Positions 25,801 to 37,800 of a stretch of 64,000 nt of DNA are shown in pieces. The stretch spans positions 120,667 to 184,666 of the forward strand of contig NMRA01000716.1 of assembly GCA_002633005.1 (NCBI GenBank). Direction: 5' to 3'. The notes under the pieces are model-generated. The model saw nothing but the letters and a program-made list of their open reading frames with translations. It did no database searches and was not told the origin of the DNA. This stretch comes from Phoronis australis (lineage: Eukaryota > Animalia > Phoronida). Each line of letters starts with the position of its first letter. Within the stretch, counting starts at the first letter, position 1. Position numbers and translations under genes: made by a program.

Positions 25801-28800
25801 CAAATAGATTCATATAACGACACCTTCTTGTCAGGGCTTAGCGTCCTCTGGATAATATCTTGGCATAGTGTGCTGGCAAAGTTACATCTACCTGTCAAGG
25901 GCTTGGCGTCCCCTAGATAGTACTTGGCGTTCCGTGCTCGCGAAATCGCTTGTGGTCAGCTTTTGCAATTCCACTGCAAGACTATACCGAATCACTTATA
26001 TGAACTTCGACTCACTAGAGGCACATTAACCATAGAATGAATTGTTTGAAGCTCTGGGCCCGGGTAGCCAAGGTGCCAGCTTAAAAAATGAAATCCCAAC
26101 ATCAAGAATGGGACTACGTACACTGTACGTGACTTGTTATTTTTGACGTAACAAAATGTCAAGAAATCAACAGAATAAACTAATGATACTTCAGAACAAA
26201 TTATTGTCATCGTTTATCACAAACTTTTCACGTTGTTTTTAGCTGTCCAATTCGAGTATGGTAATTATGGTGAGTCTTTCATTTGGCCAACCTCTGAAAA
26301 TGATGATGAAGTCGGCAGCATCAACAGAGTAGATCACAAGCTGACGATTACGTATGTATTGAAGTTCTTAAACAGACTAACATGCCTTGTCATGGTTTCT
26401 AAGTTCACTTTTACATTTTTGAAAAGCGCTGCAGTGTTTGCCTGACTCAGGTACGAGTTTGCGTTTTATCTTGAATGATTCGCCTTAGTGTCTTAACTGG
26501 GGAAAGCGCGACTTATAGTCACGGTTACCTGTTGCATACTCAGACAACGGTACCCACATTGTGATGCTTTGTCCATAGTTATAGAGGAAAGGGAAAGGGT
26601 CATATTAAAACCAAACTCAGATAATTTGTAAATAGAACTTTTTTGATATGCATGTTTGTACTATTAATGTTTAGTAATGTGCAGTGTGGAATTCCATGTA
26701 AGCTGGCTTGTTGTTATTCTAGGGGCGATCCACGAATGAATTCGATTCAGAAAGACCGTAACTTTTGGAGTAATTTATTAAAGGCGATACCTGATGAACT
26801 GAAGAGACTACTACGGGTGAAAAACAGAATAGTGTGGTATCCGCGTTTATCAATAGATGTCGCTGTTTGTAGACCCGGAAGTCGGCGACCATATTGCATT
26901 CTATGACGCTGCATGTGAACGTTATCATCAGCTTGTATATTTTCACACATAAAACCCACCTAACACAATTGCAAAAACACGTAAAGCAACAGATCGTCTG
27001 ATGATCCCTCTGTAAGCTTAACGTTACAGTCTGCGCTCTTCATTTTGGCCCAGTCACAGGAACAAAACTTTCATGTCCAATCTAAGACTGTTTATTGTTT
27101 TACAAATGACCGCTTAACAAACACCAAGTCGTAAGCGACTTTAAGGCGATATTATTTTAATCCGGATCCTGAAACGTGGCAACCGTAATTGATGCAATGT
27201 TCAAACGACACCCAGCAGCTTTAACATGAAGAACCAGTTATGTCATAAAACCGGAGCAAGACAAATGCCTTTTAAATTTGTTGATAAATCTATTTTGGTC
27301 AACTTTAGATGGGGACACCAGTTTGTAATGTGTGGTTGAAACAATCAACCCAGAGTATTGCGAATGCCTTGCACAACTTACTTATACATTATGGCCTTGG
27401 CAAGGGGGTTTGTGTTCACTGCGGCTTCTTAAAATTTATTCAATGCCACCTGCAATGTTTTTAAACATTTGTCAACTCATTTTTTTCTGGAAATGCATGG
27501 CTTATTGTGATTTGATTGATTTGAAGTCTTATGACGTCAGTACTAGTATAGACAAATCAGGTTTGGGATCAGAACAGCAATCTAGGTATTGCTGAAGTTA
27601 CAAATCTCTAACGGTATTTCTTAGCACAACAATCGACCAGTCTTACGCATGGTAACTTTAAACGTTCGCTTGGGACCCATCATAACAACTTTAAAATGCG
27701 GTTTCGTTATGAGCATATGTATTTGATTACGATGTAGCTAGGTGAATTCCAGATCTCTTACTAAGCGCATGCAAAAGGGCATGATTTTATTCACTAACAT
27801 TTGAGAATGACATTCCCGTCACTGCATTTATATTTACTTTTTAGTCCCAGACTGAAAATCATTTGGGTGTTGAAGCTTGCGAGAATAAGGACCTTGCTAC
27901 TGCTCAAGAACATTTTCGCAAAGCTATTCAGCTAAATCCGAGCTGCATCGATTTTCATGCCAATGAAGCAGGTAGGTTGGAGATGTTGCCGATGGTGTTA
28001 ACTGGGGTCTGACTCAATTCTTAAACCAGAAATTTGGTCACAAGCTAGCTTCCACTTCTCAGAGGCTGTTCAAGTGAGATTTAACAATTTTTTAACAGAG
28101 ATACTCGTGTGGACAGCGTAAGACCAAATGTCTGACTTAAAGTTTTATGTTACTTCATGAAACCGACCACTGGACATGTAGCCTGTCTGTAAATAATTAT
28201 TTAATGGTGCCTGACTACAGGTACAAATCAAATGGAGCACAATTTGGCCTAAATTGTTTAGCCAAAACGTTACGTCTACAGTTTTGATGACCACTTACGC
28301 AAACTACAGTCCGGTACCGGCACTTCCAGTGAACTCAGAAAGACAGGTCACGACTGAATTCAGCACTGAGATTGGAAATTCTGTATTAACATTCTTTTCA
28401 GAAATTTAGGTGGGTTACAGCTGCAATGTTAACATCGAGTGGAAAATTTAGAGTTAACAGTTCTCACAACATGATTTTGTCATTAATTTTGGAAACGCTC
28501 ACAAAGTAGTCTGCAATGTGTATTCCCGTGTACCCAGCATCCCTCTGTCGTTTGTAGTCCGTCCGTCATTACTTCTGTTGGTCTTTGATAAATCTCGAGC
28601 ACCGCATAAGGTTGGGTTTGAGGAAAGAACATCATATTACAGGAATTAGTGATCAGACATTATGAAACTTTCGCATACCATGCTTTGTGTACTGTTCTCC
28701 AAAATGTTGTTAGGTATGTTTTCAAAATGTTCAACTTTTACTTGAGGGGCTATCGACATGGGGTTTTTATGATCTTTTTGAAAACACTTCAGGTTTCATA

Positions 28801-31800
28801 TAATGAAAACAAAAGGATTACTCATAAAAAGAGCAGCGTTTTTGAGATTTTCTCATGAACGTTTATGTCAAGCAAAATTTCGTAGTGTCATTTAGTATCC
28901 TGTTTGCTATGAGTGTACTTTGTAGGAAGACATGGTCACATGACTCAAATATTGCAGATTGGTAAAAAGTCTCAAATCAAAGCCTACAGGCCCTTTTACT
29001 TTGACTAACTGTGTATGCAGCCTTTTAAGCATGGCCCTGAATAACGTTTTAAACGCCGTAGCATCCCCTATTGGTCGTTTTAGTGTTAAACAAAATATCC
29101 CTTGTTCCTCGAATATTATCAAAACATTCATACATTCCGATTGATCGATATTAAGGAATCCAGAAGAGTGCTGCTCCAAATCCCTGTGTGGCTTGTGCGT
29201 CCATTAACTTTGTAAACCAAGGCTAGAGTGTATAGGTTCTTACTTTCATTTTGTCAGACTTAATGTGACCAAGAGCGGATATTCTTGGGCAAAGTGCACG
29301 GACATTTGTAATCGATCGGGCACCAAAGCAATGCCAAGTGGTCATTGATGTTTTTGATAACTGGACTTTATTTCTGTTGCTTACTTTACTCGTAAATTTA
29401 GCCAATAATGTCGATTTTCTAAAGGTTTTCCTAGGACGCGGTTTCCCAGACAACTGTTGCAGTGATTCGTCACTTGCCTCAGTCGCCTGTGGCAACCTGA
29501 TGCTTTTAGGAGAGCAAACCAATACAAAATACAAAATGTAGAATGACAATATAACCTTGAAAAGTTTATTTTATTAAGGGTACTGACACGCAATCACGAT
29601 TTGCGCAACCTGATGTAGTATTTACTTCCTAATTTGCCCAAATGCATTTTTGTTACAATTTTCAAACCAAATTCGCATTTAACTCCCCATAAGGGAACGT
29701 CCCTCTACTGTAGAATTTGTAAAGGTTTTCCATTGTGACATTTTCACAACACACATTCACTGATGACTTTCTACATAAAGTTTGTGAAATGCAAGACAAA
29801 AATTCGGCTTTTGGTTATTCGTAAGCATATTTAGACTTCTCACTTTTGGCTGAAGTCAAAAGACAAAAGTCAACAGTAAGTTTGAGAAACGGACACTGAT
29901 TGACAATGACATATTTTAGCCTGAATTTCTGGAATCTGGAGGTCTACCACATTTGGATTCTTGATTGCACTCTAAGGCCGGGACAGTTTTGAATTTGTGA
30001 TTTGGTGGAGATAAATGGAAAAATTTGTTTTAATTTTGACATATGGATTTTTTCTGGTGGACATACCAAGGTGAAAACTGAAATTTCAAAATCTGAACCT
30101 CACACCACGGCTTCAGGGAGCCATGCAGATCACCACTAAAACGAATAAATTGTCGATTATCCTGTTACAACGTCTGACCCAAAGTAATTTCCCATGTAGA
30201 AATGTTCCGAGTTAGAACTAAGATGGCGCACTCTACTGGACTACTGCAGTACGGTGATGTCACACTTTCTGTCCCTAATGGGCTATTTGTCTTTTTGAGA
30301 AACCTAAAACCTTGTGTTGATTAGTCAAAGATTGGCACGTATTCACCAAAACGATTCTTGCGTGGTCTTGTCTTCAGCTTAGTCTGTTTGATGTCAGAAA
30401 CTTTTCCGATATTAGTGCACGGAAACGACTGTAAGAGAGGGGAGTTGTTGGTATAAAATTTGATTTCATTACGAGTTGTATGAACATAAACGTATGTAAA
30501 GTTCGGAAAAGTCCGTGTCAGCCTGTGTATACCTTTAAATCAATTAGTTAGTCACAAATTAAACCCAGTATTGTAATGCGGTGTCTGCTTTGCTTTCAGC
30601 CCTTTACGTGGAAAGGGGAAATTATGAGGAATGCATCAGGACTTGTGAGAAGGCTCTTAGATTGGGCAGTGACAACAAAGACGATTACAAAGCAATAGCC
30701 AAGTACGTACTGAGGTTTTGTGTTGTCACATATAGTATCAAAGCTGTTATCACGTTTTTTTTTTAATTTTGACAAAGCACAAAACCTATATTTCGGTAGC
30801 GGAGGTGATTCTGCATTTCATGTGGAAGGATTCGTTCAGTGTCCAGTAGTGTTGTTATCAGCAGAGGTACAGTTGGGATTGGCCTACACGCGGGATTGCC
30901 GCTGATGATCATTACGGCTTGCCCACTTCTGTTGGTTCACAGTTAAGAGGCCTGACGCCACTGTTGAGGCTGCAGATGCAGTGTTTTGACATGTGTGATA
31001 TATGATTCCACCTATACAAAGCACTTGAGCATTGCATGATTTACGAACTTAGGCACGAAATAATTTTCAGGATTTAGCAGTAACTAGAGGACTTATGGAA
31101 TCATTACAGAATCATTGGTCTAACTTAATGGCTTTGCAATATTTCCAGACTCCATAGGCACATGGCAGATGCGTACGAAAGACAAGGTGATCTCGACAGT
31201 GCGTTGTTAAGTATGAAGAAGTCGTTAACAATACGCATGACTCCGTATGCTGTCTATCAGGTGCTGGAGGTAAAGTCTTAGCATAATAAACTTAAGTTAA
31301 TAAACTGATGATTTATCCAGGTCCATGCATATAGTCAAATTGTAAGTAGGTCAACTAGAGGTACCTTAATAAAACGTAACTGGAGCTTTAACGCTGGGTC
31401 ATGAAGTGCAAAATATGATTACAGAGTCAATGTAAACCATAATATTCTTGACCACAGAAGAATGGACATTTATCTTGAATTCATACCAAAGTAGAACGGA
31501 AAATGCTAAAAATTATTTCGAATTCGATTAGATCCTGACCAATGAACTTAGACATTCGTGCTAAGTTAACATTACAGGTATTTGCTCAAATGGGAATAAT
31601 TACTTTCAATCATTTTGGTAAATTTTACTGACTTTGAAATTACTTTTGAACCTGTAGTTCTTCAGACCGGAAGAGTGGCCCTCTGAGCATTGTTGTGACT
31701 GTTCCTGGCCTTGTGCGCCTCGATAACAGCGGTCAGGTGCCAATGCAATCTTGTATTTAATAAAATGACAATGTGCAATGCAGTCACAGGTGTTTGGAGT

Positions 31801-34800
31801 AAAAAGTGTACGGCGAGTCTATAAATTGCAATTTTTGAAATCTCACTTATCCATAATCAATCAATAACGGATACGATCTTTACTTAATCAGTATTTTTAG
31901 ACAATATGAAAAAAATGCAGAAAGAAGTTATCCAACAACGAATGTCATATCATTTTTAACGAACTCTGCACCAGAGAAACGCTAATGCCGAGTTATATTG
32001 AATGAAACAACATCCATTTAAAGAAATGGATAAGCTTTAGAATACAACCACTGTATATCTCCTCAAGCTCAATAAAAGAGAGACTTAGTGGCAAACAATA
32101 AACTTCCGCGACTATGTTTACGCTATAGATTGAAAAGATGAAGAAGGAAAAGGAACGACCAGCTCACGTTAAGCAAGAATCACCACTTGAAGAGAAATGC
32201 AAGGAAGAGGAACGTCTCACAAATGGTAATGTGATCTTGGAACGCTAAAGGAGAATGACTCTTGGTCATTTACTTTGGTCATAAGTTATTGGAATGTCCA
32301 CTTTGAAAAATTAAGAACTTTCATCAACTTCCTACCTCGTTTCGTTCATTTTCACGAACGTACAAAACACTATCGGACAGGCTTAGCCTAACATTCAGAA
32401 CCACAGTGCAAACTCAGTAATTTATTGATATGATCTTGTTACCGTCTCTGAACTGTGACAGTCGGAGTCACCACGAAAATGTGAATGTTGGAGGGCTTAC
32501 ATGTAGCTCAATCCAAGAATTTGTCAATTTACATGGAGAAGATTGGTGTCTGGCATGTGCAGTTGGATCTCCTCAATCCCTTGAAGGAACTTGATGACAT
32601 TTGGCATAAGTTTTTTTATGGATCTGGCATAGTGATGTTGCTTATTTTCCCCTCCGCTACGCCCGCCTTCTCATAGTATGGAAGTTCATGGAAATGAGCA
32701 GAAGTGTTCCTATTTTGGATATCGAATCGAATCTACCACTGATGAGCGCTCTGGTGACATATTTAGGTTTTCCCATTTCGCCGAATGTTTTGCCGTCCCT
32801 AACTTCTGTCGCGCCCTAATCCGCATGACAGCGTTCTGTCGTTCAGCAAATTTTCCAGACGTGAGAGGTTAGGAACGAGCGATAACATCTGGCTCCTTTG
32901 TTAACTGCCCCGGACAGTCTACATGTATTGTCCCGTATGACACAGTGGCAGATCTAGGATATCATAAGGGGGGGGGCCCCAACATTTTGTCAGGCGGTAA
33001 GCATTTGCGCAAACCACGATTGTAGATGCGCATAGCAGCGAATGGGGGGAGGTCTGGAGGGGGGATCTCCTCCCGCCCAGGAAATTTTTCTGTTTTTTTC
33101 TCCAAAACTCAAGCATTTTCCTTGGTTCCTGAGGTATTATCCGAGAAAAGCAGGCAAAAAAAAAGAGGGAGAAGGAATCATACAGGAAGACCTGCAAGTA
33201 CCAGAGACTCGAACTCACGACCTGACGGATAGAGCGTGCGTGCTTTACCACTACACCACCACGACTTAGCTAATAACTCTTTAACAAGAGACCTACTTGT
33301 TTATGGTCCACAGCGTTTGCGCGCGAAACCTACTTCTTTTTGTAATGCTTATTACACGTTTTATATTTTGTGCAATCGGTTCTTAACAAATTTGATGTAT
33401 TTAAAATAGTCTTGAAATGCCCAAAAGACCAAATCCGTTTTTCGTGTTGGCAATTATGACGGGATTGCTTTGGAAATCGTCTTAAGTTAAGGTTTGAGAA
33501 AGAGAGAATTATGAGTTTCTGAGTGATTCACTGAGGCTTCGATTAAAATTCACATCTTACCAGCAGCTTCTGTTTTTTCATCGTCACTCAGGTTCCATTT
33601 TCTTTAAAAAATGAAGTAAATTTTCTTCATTGCACAGTGAAGCAGACGACGGAAACAGAGTCGTAGTGCGCAGCGCCACTGCCGGTCGCCTGGGATATCG
33701 CGGGAGAGCCTATACTTAGCCATAGCTCCGTTACGAATGCGCCGTGTTCCGAATTTNGGCAGCCAAGGCCCCCCCCCCCCTAAATCCGCCTATGTGACAA
33801 CAAGCAGGCCAATTATCTACCCGGCTTCACTGGGGTTACTGAAACCTGGCAGTAGTAGAGCGATTTTAGTGATTCAAAAACTAAACATGATCAGCATTTG
33901 ACAAGGAATTCACAAATGCTATTGGTTTATGCTCAAATATGTTATAAATTAACTTTCATTTTTATCAGCCCAGCCCAGTCCGGGCTAGATAGGTCTACGA
34001 TCTGATAGGAGATTAGAGCAATTATCGAATAACAGAGAGCGGGAACTTCCAACCATAAATGCTAGAGTGGAGTTAATCAGTCGTGTAAGATATTGGCTAC
34101 AGGGGTAAACTTCCCAACTTGTTGGGAGCAACAGGAAAACGCCATAATTGAACTTCTGTGGCGCCATCTTCAGGAATGCTAATACAGTGGTGATGCTTTA
34201 TAACCTCAAAGCCTCTCTAAGAATTCCAAATTGAAAACTAAACAGGGTGAAACGCAGATTTAAGACAAGGTAGCCTCGAAGGTATGGTAGTACTCAAAAA
34301 ATCAATTCAAAAACACAAGGTTGTCAATCACTTGAATTGTTTATGCTTTCATGACATTCATTATAGTTCGGTAGCAGCCCTTCGTTAACACAGGCTTTGT
34401 GGAAAACACGACTAAACTTTTTGTTTGAAAGCTTGATACTGAGTCGCTCGTAATGTCGAAACATTCTCCTTTCCTCGGGTGTGCAACTATGAAGTTGACC
34501 TAAAACACCAAGAGACATAACAAACAAACAAATTAAAACACAAGCTATATTTCGAGACAGCATGTCTCGTCATCAAGCAATAAGTACATGAAATGAATGT
34601 TGGATTCAAGCAAGGTCTGAAGGGACAACAGTTCACCATGCACAATTTACAAGTTAAGATATCATCGACATAGCGGACATAGATAGGAATTTTGGCAATT
34701 TGGCAATATGCTGAGCGACCCGTTTTTCAACTTCTGACGTGTAAAATTCTGACAACGTTGGGCCTAAGAGGGAACCCATATTGACGCCGTCTTTTGTAAA

Positions 34801-37800
34801 AACAACTTGCTATTAAAATGCCGATAGGGGACTTGAGGTGTACAGATAGTGAATAAAATGCGCGTAACCTAGGTTGTGAGATACAGTGTATCAGTTGGTT
34901 TTAACAAGAGCAACGCAGAGCGTTGAAATGCGCCCACAATTGCACCGTATATGGTATCCTTCTGGGTTTGTTTATTGGTACCATAAAGTGGCCAGTAGAG
35001 GGCATATATGTAGTATGTTGTACTTTGCAAAATGGAAAGGCATGGTCATTGTCTCCTCAATAGGCTAGGTTTCAAAATGTGAGTGATCTTCATAATACAA
35101 GTGCATCCTATGCATCAGTTGCTTAAAGCACACAGAAACATAGAATTAAAAACAAATTTACCAACATACGAGATTAGCACAGCATTAAAATGCCAGAAAC
35201 AAATTTCTACTTGGAAATTTTCCTTCATAGTCACGAAGTAACACAAAGTATACACCTGAAGACCTATGAAAATACAGAGGTCAATGTGAAATATTTAAAT
35301 TGCCACTAGAGGCATACCGGTAGTCAGAATCATCCTAAAGTCGTCATCGTCCGTTGTCNNNNNNNNNNNNNNNNNNNNNNNNNNNNNNNNNNNNNNNNNN
35401 NNNNNNNNNNNNNNNNNNNNNNNNNNNNNNNNNNNNNNNNNNNNNNNNNNNNNNNNNNNNNNNNNNNNNNNNNNNNNNNNNNNNNNNNNNNNNNNNNNNN
35501 NNNNNNNNNNNNNNNNNNNNNNNNNNNNNNNNNNNNNNNNNNNNNNNNNNNNNNNNNNNNNNNNNNNNNNNNNNNNNNNNNNNNNNNNNNNNNNNNNNNN
35601 NNNNNNNNNNNNNNNNNNNNNNNNNNNNNNNNNNNNNNNNNNNNNNNNNNNNNNNNNNNNNNNNNNNNNNNNNNNNNNNNNNNNNNNNNNNNNNNNNNNN
35701 NNNNNNNNNNNNNNNNNNNNNNNNNNNNNNNNNNNNNNNNNNNNNNNNNNNNNNNNNNNNNNNNNNNNNNNNNNNNNNNNNNNNNNNNNNNNNNNNNNNN
35801 NNNNNNNNNNNNNNNNNNNNNNNNNNNNNNNNNNNNNNGTGGCGCAAACTATGTCGAATCCATCTGAAAACGGGAGGATAGCGTCATCTCACTAATAAGT
35901 GCCTACATACCAAATTTCATGAAAATCCGTTCAGGACTTTTGAAGATACAAAGGTAAGCGTAAAAAACTAAAATTGCCACTAGGGGGCACACCGGTAGTC
36001 GGATCAGTCCGAAAGTTCGCACATGCCGCCCCATTCATGAATGGAACATATGTGCCAAATTTCATGAACATACGTGAAAGGGTTTTGGAGATAGAGCAGC
36101 GGACGCCAGATGCCGGACGGACGCCGCCCGTACGGACGGACGGACGGAGATGACGGCATAATGCGTCCACATATAAATATGTGGGCGCATAAAAATGAGT
36201 GCGTATACATTCATTCTACTTATTGCCTGATGATGAGACCTGTAGTCACGAAATATAGCTAGTGTTTCAATTTGTTTGTTTGTTTGTTTGTTTGTTTGTT
36301 ATGTCTTCCGTTGTGTTACTACATAGTTGCACACCCGAAGAAAGGTGATTGATTCGACATTACAAGCGGCTCATTATCAAGTTTTCAAACAAACAGTTTA
36401 GTTGTGTTTTCAACGAAGTTTCATGATATTTATACACAGATGGCGTTGCCAATGCGGCCAGCCTGGGAAAAGATGACGAGCATCCGCGAACACCACATTA
36501 CTCTCAGTTTAAGTGTCGACTTGACAGTTTCAAGAAGTGGCCCTTGTCAAAGTATCAAAGCGACTTCAATTTGGCAAAAGCAGGCTTCTATTTCATTGGT
36601 GAGCTGAGACTATCCCTGTGTTTGCTTTAAATGTTGTGTGAAAACTAAATCCTATGAATATCTTTATCAGACCTGTTACTTCTGAAGTGTTCTACGTTTC
36701 GTTATCAACACTGCATGGTAGAAGGTAGACTTTGGGAGACATGATGTTAGTCTTGTTTTCATGATGCACCATTCGCAGTTGGCAGGTGGGCAACTCTAGA
36801 CAGTCAGAAAACCTTAATTCTTTCTGCTCGATTACTCTTGATTGTACTTTAAATCGACAGCGTTAAGATAATCAGTAGCCTGAACATTTAAGACATTTGA
36901 TTTCATTTTTCGCCCTTTTGTGAACGGAAATGGTACCAGTGCTAACAGTGTGTCCTGTATACTCCCTGAAGCCCCCAAGTTCGATTCACAATCATAATAG
37001 CGTTATGAGACCGATTATGTGACGGAAAATTGTCTTAATCAAGGGCTGCCTTCATGGACAGAACGCAGGTTTATAGGCACTTGAAATATGTCTTTCACTC
37101 TCCCTGTAGGTAAAGCTGACCTCGTCAAATGTTTCTTCTGCGATGGCTGCCTCTCAAACTGGGAGCCAAAGGATGACCCAATCATAGAGCACGCTCGCTG
37201 GTTCCCACAATGCGGCTACGTCCGCCAGAGGATGGGCAACGATTTCATACTTGTTGTCACAGAGTATTTTGCACAGCTTAATTTGGTAAGTTCAGAAAGC
37301 ATGAAGTTGTATCTGATTTTAAGTTGGTAACATTGATTTGCCTGGCAGAAGGTACAAGAAACAGCTTGGAAACCGAAAGAGCACATATCATTGTACCAGA
37401 ATGTGTTTGCTGTGTTGTTTCTTCCCATATTCGAAGGTGGTTGCTGATTTACAAAACCGTCTCACTGCAATTGTTTTGTCTTGCTTATCTGCAGTTCCCA
37501 TTCGGAAATAATGTAGCAAGCAGCGTCTATCTAACATAATTTGAACTTTGTCTTTTAAATTCAAAGCTGGATGTTTATTATTATTCAGCGTGCCCGAAAT
37601 GTTCTCCGAGGGCGACCTTTTCGCCCACTTCGTCAAATGAAGGGTTTGTTCAAGCCCTCCGACTACCCTCCCCCCCTTCTGAGTGCGCGCATGTATGCGG
37701 CCCAGGAGCAGAGTCTGAATTTCAAGTCCAGGGCCCCGTTCCAAGAAAAATGACTTAGCTAAGACAGATCTTAACTTTCAGTTAATTTTAAAAGAAGACT

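Noticed and set aside
32941-32947. CACAGTG (RSS heptamer / Transib-like end)
   Set aside because: It arises from the TGACA TSD abutting the CAGTGG terminus. The other copy lacks it and no nonamer was seen.
35344-35881. 167-aa and 175-aa ORFs
   Set aside because: They consist of X residues from the N gap.
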